DNA of 63,983 bases, filler included, from Fonticula-like sp. SCN 57-25 (Eukaryota), in the NCBI GenBank assembly GCA_001724245.1. It is 10 parts of 10 records of this genome, joined end to end, with 100 filler letters (N's around TTAATTAATTAA, not from the genome) between each part and the next. Parts side by side here need not be neighbours in the genome. Positions count along the whole stretch, not along the records: positions 1 to 6,326 come from MEDX01000460.1; positions 6,427 to 12,738 come from MEDX01000461.1; 8 more parts are not named here. One strand, given 5' to 3'. Position numbers and translations under genes: made by a program. Below the pieces are notes generated by a model. It saw nothing but the letters and a program-made list of their open reading frames with translations, made no database searches and was not told the origin of the DNA. Of this stretch, positions 1 through 11,498 are shown piece by piece (within the stretch, counting starts at the first letter, position 1; every line of letters begins with the position of its first letter).

Positions 1-271
1 CGTATCGGACTATGTCGCGCTGCTCAACTTTAACCTCGCCGAGGTCGTGTACGAGTGGGCAAACGGCATGTCGTTCAAGCAGATCACAGACCTCACCGAC
101 GTGCCCGAGGGGTCCATCGTGAGGTGTATCGTGCGCCTCGACGAGACGTGCCGCGATGTACGAAATGCCGCGCGCGTCATCGGCGATAACAGGCTCTTCA
201 ACCTCGCAGCCGAGGCGTCGGCGCTCATCAAACGCGACATTATCTTTGCGGCAAGCTTGTACTACGCATAA
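1..271 (+). CDS. SKI2: Ski2-type DExH RNA helicase, C-terminal (DSHCT) fragment, 5' truncated
   Basis: EVVYEWANGMSF...EGSIVRCIVRLDETCRDVRNAARVIGD...IKRDIIFAASLY matches the Ski2/SKIV2L C-terminus. Confidence 0.88.
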   Translation, partial: VSDYVALLNFNLAEVVYEWANGMSFKQITDLTDVPEGSIVRCIVRLDETCRDVRNAARVIGDNRLFNLAAEASALIKRDIIFAASLYYA

Positions 272-417
272 ATATGCATCATTATTTGTAATCGTGAATA
301 TATATATTCAAGGTATATACATGCATTGTTATCCTCAAATTAATGTATGCATGGCGAGCCAGTATCAAACATGCAGAATGCTTGCTTGCCGGTCACCCCG
401 CCCAACTATTGTGCTGC

Positions 418-1563
418 CTATACATCCTTGGGCAATGGCGTCGCAGGGGCGACGTGGTTGGGTACGGCGATGTAGCCGGCGCGGTTGTGCTTGTACACGT
501 GGAACTGCACAAAGATGGTAAAGTCAAAAATGATGGTGCCCGCGCTTCCAATGATATACGGCAGCGCGTTCAAAAGGTGCTCCGGCTCGACCGACTCTAA
601 AAAGATCGACGCCGCGTACGTGACGTTACCGAGTACGGCAAAGATGAACAGCGTAATCGCAAGGCCCTAGTGGGTGTTAGCATGCGGCATGGCGAATACA
701 AAAAAGTGCGTACCTCGACAGAACGGCGCTGGAACTGCGGGAAAAAAATAAAAAGAAGAGCGTTAAAACGAGTCCAATTCAATAAAAAAGGTTCGTACGT
801 TGTAGACGATCTGGGGGATTCGCGAAATGACGTAGAGCGAAGCGGCGAGCCACGCGATCACGACGCCCGCAATGTACGAGCTGTCGTCCTCGCTGAGGGC
901 GGCCATGCTGTCGGCAGCGATGACGGTGCTCATCAGCGTGCGTCCCGTGCTCACCACCGCCGGCGAAGAGCTCGCGTGGTAAAGAGCACCGACCAGAAGG
1001 GAGAGCGGCGTCGCCGCCAGCATGACAGACGAGGTCGATCCCCGCGGCGGCGTGTGATCCCCGTTCAAGAGGGCGCGACGATCGGGAGCTTCCTTCTCGA
1101 GCTGGCGGTTCTTGTACCAACCATAGTAGAGGTACTGGAACCAGAGCATGAAATCTACCGTCATAAAGTAGACCGCCGTCAATGTCTATGAAAGGAAGGG
1201 CGACGCGGTTAATATAGAGTCAACAAAAGTGCGCCCAATATACCTGTGTCATCTGCTGGCCTGTAAGGAAACACCCAACGAGATTCGAGGCATCGCCCAT
1301 GGTCCAAAGAAGGAGGAAGCCGGCAGACAATGCTGATGCATCCTTGTTCTTAAAGTTTTGGTAGATTTGCCTATCCGCCGACGGCGTCAGTACAAACAAA
1401 GAAAGAAAAAAGACCGCGTACGGAAACTGTGCCACAATCCAGCAGGCGATCGACATCAAGCCTAAAAACATAGAGATAATGAGACGCAAATTAAAAAACC
1501 GTATTAATACGCACCGACCACCTTGCTGGCCACCTGCAGCGGCGTCTCTTCTTCGCCTTCCAT
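418..1563 (-). CDS. PQ-loop lysosomal/vacuolar cationic amino-acid transporter (PQLC2/LAAT1/Ypq-like), multi-exon
   Basis: Spliced WIVAQFP|QIYQNFK..ASALSAGFLLLWTMGDASNLVG and a second PQ loop SRIPQIVYN; GT-AG introns; stop TAG at 418-420. Confidence 0.85.
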
Positions 1564-1736
1564 CGCGTGCGCGCGGGGCCCGGGGTAAGCAAGCTGTAGC
1601 ATCAATGCAGGACTCGTGACCGCTTCACGTGAGAACTTTACGGTAAAGTTTGAAATTTCCGTAATTTCCGTAACGCTGACTGTACCATCGTCGTCTGTCG
1701 TGCCACGTGTTGGCTGTTGGAAACGGAGTGCGCGCC

Positions 1737-2790
1737 ATGTCGATGCTAGCAGAGCCCCGCCGCAAGCAGCGCATCTCGGTTGATCCGCAGAACAAGTCAT
1801 GGTCGAAAGGTGATTTATTGCGCGCTTTTGGTTTGATCTGCGTTAACTGACTTGATGTGCGCCTGTAGATTCGTCTGCCGTGGCGCATCGGCTGATGGCG
1901 CGCATGGGATGGAGCGATGGCAAGGGATTGGGTGCGCGCGAGGACGGAATGACGACGCACATCAAGGTTCAGATGCGCTCGGATGCGCGCGGTGTGGGCG
2001 CTGAGCGTACTTCGTCGGATAATTGGCTGGACAATAGCGTGGCTTTCGATGCGCTGCTCAAGAATTTGAACAGCGACTCGCCTGCCGCCAGCACGCCGGG
2101 CAGCCCGCGCGACACCCCGGATCCGAGCGAGCCGTCCGCGGCGCCCAAGACGGGAACGCGGCGGAATAATCTTTATCGCAAGTTCCTCCGTGCCAAGGAT
2201 ATGAGCACGTATGCGTCGGAGAATGTGAATGAAATTTTGGCGTCGAGCAAGCGCGAGCGCCGCGTACGCCCGCCCGCATCCAGCTCTTATCTGTTGCTAA
2301 CGCTTACTCTCAGGCGGCGGACATTGAAAACGATCTTCAGGAGAAGAAGATGCGCGCAAAGCGGGCGACGGTCGAAGAGGACGAATCGGATGACGGCGAG
2401 GCCCGCCCGTCGTTCACGCGCCTCCAGGGCTCGCCCACCTCGTCGCCAATCAAGGACGAGGATGAGGACGAGCACGACGAACGCCTCTCCAAGGTGATGC
2501 ACCTCGAGACGCAGACGGTCAGCATAAACGACTACTTTACGTTGAAGGCGCGCGAGCGTGCCGCGCTCCAGCAGGCCGCAGAGGAGCCCAAGGCGGCCAA
2601 CGAGTCTGAAGATTCGGATGAAGAGGCCGCTCGTTTGGCAAAGCGCGCGCGCAAGGAGGCCCGCCGCGAGGCGAGGCGGCAGCGCGAAGCGGAGGCGGCG
2701 GCGGCGGCGGCCAAGGAGGAGGCAGAGGAGGAGGAGGAGGAGACGAAGCCCAGGAAAAAGTCAAAGAAGCGTCGCGATGACTCTTCGTAG
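1737..2790 (+). CDS. PINX1: G-patch protein PINX1/Pxr1 (2 introns)
   Basis: MSMLAEPRRKQRISVDPQNKSWSK|...LMARMGWSDGKGLGAREDG..HIKV; Lys/Glu-rich tail. Confidence 0.9.
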
Positions 2791-3572
2791 CCAATTTGAA
2801 CAGTTTCTCTAAACTTTTCGTCTTTATCTTTGTACAAATCGAATGTTTATTAGTTATCTGCAGCTTTGCTGTCCCCTTTGACCCTTTCAATTCGGTGTCC
2901 GATCGAGCTGCCCTTGGCAACCCTATTTATTCTGCAATGTTTGGCTCCCTAATTTTGCCCTGCCCATGTCGCTACTGTAGTTCCATTTCGTCCACTGTGC
3001 CCCCATCTGGCTTCGGTTGCCAGCTCTCCATGCGTGCCAACCTATCCCATGCGCGTGCCAACGCCGACCATTGGCAGGCGGGCGCATGCCCTTTGGTCAA
3101 CTTGTAAGGGGAAAGTTGATCTGCACCCACGTGAAAGTGAGCAACCTAATTTTGGGGTTGACTCAACATGGGCCAATATGGGCATTCGGCCATTAAGGAG
3201 GCGCTCGGCAACTCGGGTGGAAAGGAAAGGTCGCCGGTGGACCAGGACAGGCAGGCCGGCTCACGAGTTAATAGGAAAGAAAAAGAGGCGGCGTGTCTGC
3301 GAAAGGGAGGAAGCAGACTGTGGCAAGGGGAGAAACAAGTGACGTTTCTTTGGGAATTTTAGCCTCGCTTTCGCGCTCTACCGTCATCGGCTTTCGGAGG
3401 GTTTTTTTCCGGTGCGCGGGAAACCGGACATGGCGTGTGAAAACTGACCGCGGCCCCTCTTTCAATAGGTAAGGCTCAAGGCATCTCAACCCGCTTTTGA
3501 GGGCTCGCTTTTTTCCTCGTTTCCGGTTTCTCTTTTATTTGGCCGTAGAGAGGGAGTGCGCGGTGTGCGGAC

Positions 3573-5060
3573 ATGGTAGTGGACGTGTGCGAACAAATTG
3601 TTCCAGAGGCCATGTCGGATAGCAGCACCTCTTCGTTGCAGCAGACACCAGAGGTGTCGCCTACGCTGACGCGTACGGGCAAGCTGGTGGCGTCAGTGTC
3701 GTCCATCCCCATGGTCAGCTCGACCATCCATACGATATCTTCAATGTATGAAACGTCAAAATCGTCGTCGTCGCTGATCAAGTTTGGTGCTGAGACCGTC
3801 GAGGCGGGCGTGCACCGCATTGTGTCTCTTGTCGACCAGCCGTCGGGCGCTGTCTCTGCTTCGCCGTCCAAGGATGACTCCCTTCAGGCGGTAGCATCGT
3901 CGTCGTCGACGGCATCAGCTTCGTCCGCGGAATCGGCGTCGCCTGCCGCGCCGCTCGGAATCTACCAGAGCGGGCGGCGTTACATTTCCGAGGCCGTCGG
4001 GCGCAACATAGACGCGGCGTTGTCCGTTGCCGAGTCCGCCGTGGACCGCTATTTGCCTCCCCCGGCGGCGATGGAGGTTGACGTTGACGCGGCCGGCCCG
4101 CCGTCTGACTCGGACGCTGACATGGACAAGTCGGGCTCGCGATCCGACGAGGGATCGCGCGTTGGCCGCATCAAGAATATTGGCACGCGCGTACAGGGTC
4201 GCCTTCAGAAGCGCGCCCTGACGCGCTGGAATAACATATACGGACACGGCTACGAGAGCCACCACATGATGCGCCAGTCGGTTGAGCTGCTCCAGGTGGC
4301 GCAGAGCCACATTGAGAGCTATACGAGGTCGCTTGGCGAGGAGCTCAAGATGATTTCGTCGTACCTCGCCTCGGTGGGCACGAGCATGGACGAGTCGCGG
4401 ATGCGCGCGCTTGTCTACCTGCACGGCGTCACGCAACAGTTCAAAAAGGCGATCGGCGATGTTCTTCGGCGCGTCGTCGAGACAATTTCAAAGTCGGCCG
4501 CGCTGATGCCGAGCGCATCGCAGGCGCGCATCAAGGAGTTTATCCTCATGCTGCCCAACCGCTGGGGCGCCATCGCCGGCGGGAGCTCGGCCGCGACCAA
4601 CGACGAGGTGGCCATGGTCAGCCACGGCTGGCAGGTGCAGTCGCTGGCACAGGAGACGCTCAACATGCTCGGCTCCATCACCAATGTCTTTACGCAGTAT
4701 GTCGAGCAGACTGGCGAGCTGCTAAAGTCGATCGATTTCGGAAACTATCAATCCACACACGGCGCCGCCGCTGCCGCCGCCAACGCCACTGCCGTGCCGC
4801 CGCTCTCGCCTCGGCTGGCCGCCAAGCTGGCCGCCTCCCAGGACTTTAGCGCGGCGTCCCCATCGCACAGCCCGACGGCGCCGTCGCTCGCAGATAGCCA
4901 GGCGCTCGGGCGCATGGCAGCGACTGCGTTCTCCACCGCCGAGGCCGCCACCCCAGAGGCCGCCGTCCCGGAGACCGAGGCTGCAATCGTTCTTTCGTCG
5001 CTGGCATTCGTTGCCGGCCAGGCTTCCGACGCGAGCATGGGCGTAGAGTCGCCACGCTGA
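3573..5060 (+). CDS. Opi1-like protein with perilipin-like N-terminal half (single exon, 495 aa)
   Basis: VSSIPMVSST..MYETSKSSSSLIKFGAETVE; IDAALSVAESAVDRYLPP; VLRRVVETISK..LMPSASQARIKEFILMLPNRW; LAQETLNMLGSITNVF. Confidence 0.65.
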   Translation: MVVDVCEQIVPEAMSDSSTSSLQQTPEVSPTLTRTGKLVASVSSIPMVSSTIHTISSMYETSKSSSSLIKFGAETVEAGVHRIVSLVDQPSGAVSASPSKDDSLQAVASSSSTASASSAESASPAAPLGIYQSGRRYISEAVGRNIDAALSVAESAVDRYLPPPAAMEVDVDAAGPPSDSDADMDKSGSRSDEGSRVGRIKNIGTRVQGRLQKRALTRWNNIYGHGYESHHMMRQSVELLQVAQSHIESYTRSLGEELKMISSYLASVGTSMDESRMRALVYLHGVTQQFKKAIGDVLRRVVETISKSAALMPSASQARIKEFILMLPNRWGAIAGGSSAATNDEVAMVSHGWQVQSLAQETLNMLGSITNVFTQYVEQTGELLKSIDFGNYQSTHGAAAAAANATAVPPLSPRLAAKLAASQDFSAASPSHSPTAPSLADSQALGRMAATAFSTAEAATPEAAVPETEAAIVLSSLAFVAGQASDASMGVESPR

Positions 5061-5273
5061 GCGTTTCGCGCCTGGCGTTAGCCTAGCTATAGTTGTTGTG
5101 CACACATTTCCCGTATTTTTCTGTAGTGTAATGTTGTTGTTGTTTTGTGTTTTTTGATATTTCTGTACTCGAGATACCCACACCCACTGATACCAAATAT
5201 AAACTGGTCCCGGGAACATGACAAATAAGTGGCGGCAAAAAAGGATTCACTGAATCTATCTATTAACTTATAA

Positions 5274-6326
5274 TTAAAAAGCGTCCACAATGGCGTTCAC
5301 GCGGACCGCCGCTGCCTCTGCGTGTTCCTTTGGTATCCGGCTCATCTGCAGACGCGCGTTAGCCACTGGTAGGAAATAGAAAATATTCGTACCGCCGACG
5401 TGCGCATCTTTTCGCGCCGCGACGCGCCCATCCAGAGGTCGTCGAGGTACACCTTGTCCGGCGACTGCTTGATGAATTTCAGCGACTCTGCGGCAATGTC
5501 AAAGAGTCGCGGCGTCGGCTCCCTCGTCGTCTCGTTAATCGGCATGAGCATTGGCTCCCCCGACGGCATAACAATAAAGCACTTTACGATCGACTGCATT
5601 TCCTCGACCTTTCGCGAGTACGGCCCCACGATGATGCCCACGAATGGGTAGAGCCCCGAGTCGTCGCAGCGGAAGAGGCGCTGCATGGCCGTCTGGTTCT
5701 CGACGTCGCGCACCGAAGGGTCGGGCTGGAAGGTCGGGTGGCTGTGGTACCACCCGACAATGACCATACGCTCCTTTTGGATCTGCTGACGCACCTGGAG
5801 CTCCGACTCGGGGTCCATCTCGACGTTGCGCGTCCGGTCGTCCTCAATGTCCTCGCCCTCGCCGTGGTGCGAGTGGCCCGTCTCGATCGGCTGGCAGGGG
5901 AACGCCGCGCACACGTGCAGTGCTGTGTAGGGTGGTTAGAGACATATCAGGTGAATCATGGCCACGTACAGCGGCTGTCGGGGTCCCATGTCCCGCCGAG
6001 GTACCCGATGATTTCCGTGTGCGCGAGGTGAGAGTGCATGTCCATGACGGCCATTGCGGCCGGGTCGACCGTTAGCGTGAACGGCGCCTCGGACGGCTTG
6101 ATCATCTCGCATTGGAACATTGTGTGCGGATTCCTGAGGAAATGTGAGTACGCAAACTGCAAACCAGACGGCGCGTACATGTCTTTTACTTCGTGTGGGC
6201 TGAATTTTACCGACGGCTTGACGACGCGGCGCTCCTGGCTCTCGCGCGGACCGGCCGCCAGCGACGAGCGAACAGAGGCCGGCAGGTCGGACTCGCGCAG
6301 AGGGCGCACGCGTGCGCCTCGCCGCG
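5274..6326 (-). CDS. MPN+/JAMM metalloprotease-domain protein (MYSM1/MPND-like), 5' truncated, multi-exon
   Basis: VMDMHSHLAHTEIIGYLGG and JAMM motif VGWYHSHPTFQPDPSVRD. Confidence 0.85.
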
Positions 6327-6426
6327 NNNNNNNNNNNNNNNNNNNNNNNNNNNNNNNNNNNNNNNNNNNNTTAATTAATTAANNNNNNNNNNNNNNNNNN
6401 NNNNNNNNNNNNNNNNNNNNNNNNNN
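6327..6426. other. Artificial contig linker; identical linkers at 12739, 19623, 26029, 32432, 38801, 45185, 51519 and 57846
   Basis: 44 N + TTAATTAATTAA (stops in all six frames) + 44 N, nine times in the window. Confidence 0.99.
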
Positions 6427-8515
6427 GTAGGCGGTAAAGACGGCTTCGGAAGAGCGAGTGTTGCGGGCCACGTAGCCGAATTTGAGTTTGCCGGGGAAGC
6501 AAATCAGTATCATATACCAATGAATACTACAAGGAAAGAAAAGAGTGTCAGTAAAAAGTGGTAAAAAGTGGTCAAAAGTGTCAAAAAAGTAGAAAAATGC
6601 ATCAAAAATGCATCAAAATGCAACCAATTTGCATCAAAATGGCATCACAATTTACATCAATTTACATCAAAAATGACCAAAATAAAGACGCACTTCTCGT
6701 TGACGGGAATGACCCAAAAGTCCTTTTCAAATAGATTGTGGTTTGTCGTCCACTTTTTCACATTTTCATACATTTGCTTGGGCGACGCCGTATCATTCCG
6801 CCTAACACATGTTAGCCACAAATCACTTTAATATACATGCGCACCCTCGCATGCGAGAATAGAAAAAAGTGCTAAAAATATGCACCCTTTTCTGCACCTC
6901 TGGCTTTAATGTCTCTGCCAAATACTTTAAATAGAAATCAATCAGTGAATCATTCAAAAACTCTCCCTCACACAGCCTATCAACATCCGCCCCCGTGATC
7001 GTCACCGCATTCCTCCCCTCAAACGGGTACACAAACCGCCTCTCATTTGGCGGGTACGACCTTCTTGGCGGCCCCGTGGCCACGCCAAGCAGCCTTTGCG
7101 ACCTTCGCGACGCACTTCCCTGACCGACAACGACCGCCTCTGGCTCGCGGTACGACACCAAAAGACTTTCGTCTTGGTCACATGACGCGCGTCCGTCGTC
7201 GTCGTCGTCAATGACAAATGAATTTAGCCGAATTGTGCGCGCGCGCATTCCCGCCGTCGACCGTTCAACGCGCTCGCTCAGCTCGTCGCGCGGCAGCGGA
7301 TTTATTTCGGTTATGGCCTCGATTGCGTCGCGCGCGCGGAAAAAACCCGCGTCGTCGGAGAAGAACATGAGCACGGAAAGGTCGTCGGCGTCGGTCGGAA
7401 TGTCTTCCTTGTCGCAGCCGGCGGTCGACCAGCATAGACTTTTGCGGGAAATAACTGTCAAAAGTACGCGGCGGTTGTGCGAGCGCAGCTCTTGGGCAGA
7501 GATGACGTCGCTGAGGGAGAGGCGCGCGGGCGGGTCGAGGCCGGGGCCGCTAAAGGAAAAGTAGTTGCTCTCGATGGAGAGGCGCATCTTGCCGACCATG
7601 TGGCGGCGGGGGGTGCCGGAGCCGGCGTCGGGGAAGACACGGTAGCCAATGTGAAGCTGGCTAAGTGTCGCGCCGCGGGAAGAGGAGGAGGAGGCGTCGT
7701 CGGGAATGCTGCTGTAGAATTCGCCGGGGGAAACTTCACGAAGGCGGCGGGGGTTTGAAGTGACGCGCGGCGGGAGGGCGGGTGAAGGCGACGGTTGAGG
7801 GCGGCTGGCCGTCAGCGAGCGGTCGAATGACGGCGTGCGCGGGCTGGAACGGACAGAGGGTGACGAAAAGGAGAAGCGGGGCGGGGAGGGCGAGCGCGGT
7901 ATCGGAATTGTTTTGATGGCGGGGGCGGACGCGCTGCCAAACTTTCTTCCGGAAGACATCAGGCGGGAAAGATCCTCAGACTTTGTGGTTGACCAGGGGC
8001 CGGGAAGGATGTTGTCGTCGATGCCGACGACGCGCTTGCGCGGACTGTCGCGGCTGCTCAGGCTGCTGCTGATGACGCTGCTGGTGAGGCTGGCCTTGCT
8101 GCTGCCGTTGGCGGGGGTGCTGCTGTCGCTCGCGCTGTCGAGGCTGATGCTGTCGGATCGGCTTGCGCCGGATTCGTCGTGGGACATGCTGCGAAAGCGG
8201 GTCGAGTCTGAAGATGGCCAGTGGGGGCTCTAATAAAGGCAGATAAGCGGCAAAATAAAAGGAAATGCGGAAATAAAGGCGCACGGAATGCTTCTTTTTG
8301 GATTGTGGCGTCGGAGAGTCGGGGATGTCGCTCAGGCGCGCCACCCGGCCGGGCGTTGATCGCTCTCTGCCCGGAGATGATTCGCTGCTTCTCCCTTTCG
8401 CCGACACCAGCAGCGATTTCTGCTGCGAGCCCCGTGATGAACTGACATTATAAGACGGCTCTATCCGCTCGCTGTCGTCGTCGACGCCAAAGTCGAACGG
8501 ACTGCGTTGCGCCAT
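6427..8515 (-). CDS. SUMO-chain protease, Ulp2/SENP6/7-like (peptidase C48), 3' truncated
   Basis: FVYP..AVTITGADVDRLCEGEFLNDSLIDFYLKYL..VHIFSTFFYSR; later exons VKKWT...LFEKDFWVIPVNE and HWYMILIC. Confidence 0.88.
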
Positions 8516-8648
8516 TGCACGCACCGCCGCCCTTCGCGCCAAGCCACCTGCAAACTGCAAACTGAGATTTTTCAGTCGTGTTTGCTTTCGGCTCTCTGTT
8601 GGTCGGCATCGGTGTCGCGGCCCGCCGCGTTGAAACATCGCCGGCAGC

Positions 8649-11227
8649 ATGGACCACAGCCGCGAGGTAAAGGAGGTGGCGCAGCTGCTTCGCTCGTACG
8701 GCGCTCATTTTTTGCAATCTTTGGGCTGGATGACTGACGCGGTGGTAGGCCCGAGGTGCAGCGGTCGCAGGAGCGGTACCTCGAGGCGATCAAGCGCGTG
8801 ATTTCGTTCATGACGCAGGGAATCGATGTCTCGTCTCTCTTTTCGGACCTCGTAAAGGTGCGCGGGGCTTATTTGTGGCATCCTTTCTCTGACCTTTTAA
8901 TGCCAGGCGACCAACACCAAGAACCTTGTTCAGCGCAAGCTCGTGTACCTCTTTCTGTGCAATTACGCCGATGGCAATCCCCAGCTCGCGATGATGGTCG
9001 TGAATACGCTTCAAAAGGACTGCCGCGACGAGAACCCGACGGTCCGCGGCCTCGCTCTGCGCAGCCTCACGTCGCTGCGCATCGTCAGCCTCGTCGAGTA
9101 CGTCGTGCCCGTCGTGATGCAGTCGCTCGGCGACCACACGGCCTATGTCCGCCGCGCGGCCGTCGTCGGCATCCTCAAAATGTTCCACCTTGACCGGGAG
9201 CGCGTCCTCGGTACGACTCTTTTTCGGTCTTTTGCCGCTTTTTGAGCGCTTTCTGACGATGATCGTTTCAGAGGGCGACACGATCGATCGCCTGTATGCT
9301 CTCCTGCGTGATCGCGATGCCCTGGTGGTCGGTGCGTCCATCTCCCTTTTCTTCTTTTCCTATTGCTGACTCTTTTTTTCTCAGCCAATGCCGTGAATGC
9401 GCTTGAAGAGATCCTTGCCGATCGCGGCGGGATGATGCTCAACAAGGCTATCGCGAGCCATCTTCTCAGCCGTCTTCGCGAGTTCAACGACTGGGGCCAG
9501 TGCACCATCCTCCAGCTTCTCTCTCGCTACGTCCCCGAGGACGAAGACGAAGTGTACACACTTCTCAACTACCTCGACGACCGGATGAAGCAGGTGAACC
9601 CTGCCGTGGTCCTCGCCGCCGCCAAGGTCTTTATCCACCTCACAAAGGACCTTCCTCACCTTCACGCCGACATTTACGACGCCATCCGCGGTATGCTTTT
9701 TAAAGGTTAATAGTACTGTACCTAACACACGTGCTCCTTCTAGGGTCGCTTATGACGCTGGTCTCGGCGAATAGCCCCGAGCTCGCGTATGTTGTCATGC
9801 AGCACCTCCAGCTCCTCCTTGCTCGCCACCCCACCCTTCTCGAGCACGACTTCCGCTCCTTTTTCATTGGCTACAGCGACTCTGTCGCCCTCAAGAAGCA
9901 GAAAATTGACATTCTCGTCGACCTTTCGACCCCCCTCTGCTGCAACGCCGTCCTCGACGAGCTCTGCGAGTACTCGACCGACAGCCAGGTGACCGTCGGC
10001 CGCCTCGCGACGCGCTCGATTGGCCTCATTGCGACGCGCATTCCCGAAGGCGCCGACCACGCGATCGACCGCCTTCTCGGCCTCGCCGAAGTCAACATGG
10101 AGTCTGTGAGCGCCGAAGTTCTCGTGGCCATCAAGGACATTCTTCGGACGTACCCGTCGCGCGGCCCCGACATTGTCTCGCGCATTGTCCCCTGCCTGCA
10201 CATTGTCGACGACGTTGACGCCAAGTCGGCGCTCTTGTGGATTCTCGGCGAGTACGGCGAGCTCGTCGAGCAGGCGCCGTACATTCTCGAAGAGATTATC
10301 GACAATGTCGCCAATGAGCGCACGGCGGCGGTTCGCCTCGCGCTGCTCACCGCGTCGGCGCGCCTCTTTTTCAAGCGGCCCGCCGAGATGCAGTACATGT
10401 TTGGCAAGCTGCTCAAGGCAGAGATTTCGAGCGACACGCCCGTCACAGAGTCGCACGACCGCGCGCTGCTGTACTACCGCCTGCTGACGTCAGAGGGCGG
10501 CGGCGTCGAGAACGCGCGGCGCGTCATCAACTGGCCGAGCCCGCTGACCGAGCGCATCGGGTCGGCGCTTCCTTCTCAGGTGGTCGACGTGCTCCTTTTT
10601 GGCGAATTCAACTCGCTCAGTGTTGCGTATGGACGCCCGGCAGAGCTCTTTATCTCGCAAAAGGCGCCGTACGCGCGCGTCGCCGCCGAGCCAGACGAGT
10701 TTTTGGACGAGCCAGAGGCGGGCTACGTAGAGTCGCACGGGGCGCCAATGAACCTTCCAGAGCCCATGCAGGCCATGCAGCAGCAGCCGATGCAAGCTAT
10801 GCAGCCTATGCAGGCTGTTCAGCAGCAGCAGCAGCAACCTATTCAGCAAGTGTTTTCGTTGAGGTCGTCAGTGCCGATGGACATGCAGCAATTCCAGCAA
10901 ATGTGGAAAGGCGCGGTTGACGTCATGCAGCTCGGCCTTACACTTGTCGCTGTTGAAGCCGACAAGACGGCGCTTGAAGGTTACCTTGCGTCACTTGGGA
11001 TATTCACGATGGCGTCGGGCGTTGCGAATGGCACGCTCAAGATGCTGTGCTATGCGCAGGAGGCCGGCGGGCAGACGGTGCTGCTGCTCGAGATAAAGGT
11101 GCCGGCAAACTCAGAGTCGGCGGCGATGACGATCAAGGGGGGGGTGAGACAGGGGGAGGTGGCGCAGGTGGCGGCGGTGAAGAGCGCGGTGCAGCAGTTT
11201 GCGGCATTGCTACAAGCAAATCTTTAA
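8649..11227 (+). CDS. AP4B1: AP-4 adaptor complex beta subunit, multi-exon
   Basis: IKRVISFMTQGIDVS, NTLQKDCRDENPTVRGLALRSL, FFKRPAEMQ, DRALLYYRLL; short C-terminal appendage. Confidence 0.88.
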
Positions 11228-11498
11228 TTTGTTTGTTTTAGAATTCAATAACAATAACATAAATATCATTGGAATACAGTATACATTCGGTATATGGGAC
11301 ACGCAGATACGTTGCAATTTACTATCTTTTTCTTGGTTAAAATCAACGTAATCATGTAAATCATGTATTCAGTGGTAATGCTCTACATTATATGTACAAA
11401 AAGCGACCAAAAAGCGACCAAAACTGGCGAGGCAACAAACCCGTCACCGCTGCCAAACATTCATGCATATCTTTCTAAACAAATGACCCCTTCTTGTT

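Noticed and set aside
6327-6426. Regularly spaced TTAATTAATTAA palindromes as a repeat array
   Set aside because: Artificial six-frame-stop linkers flanked by N runs
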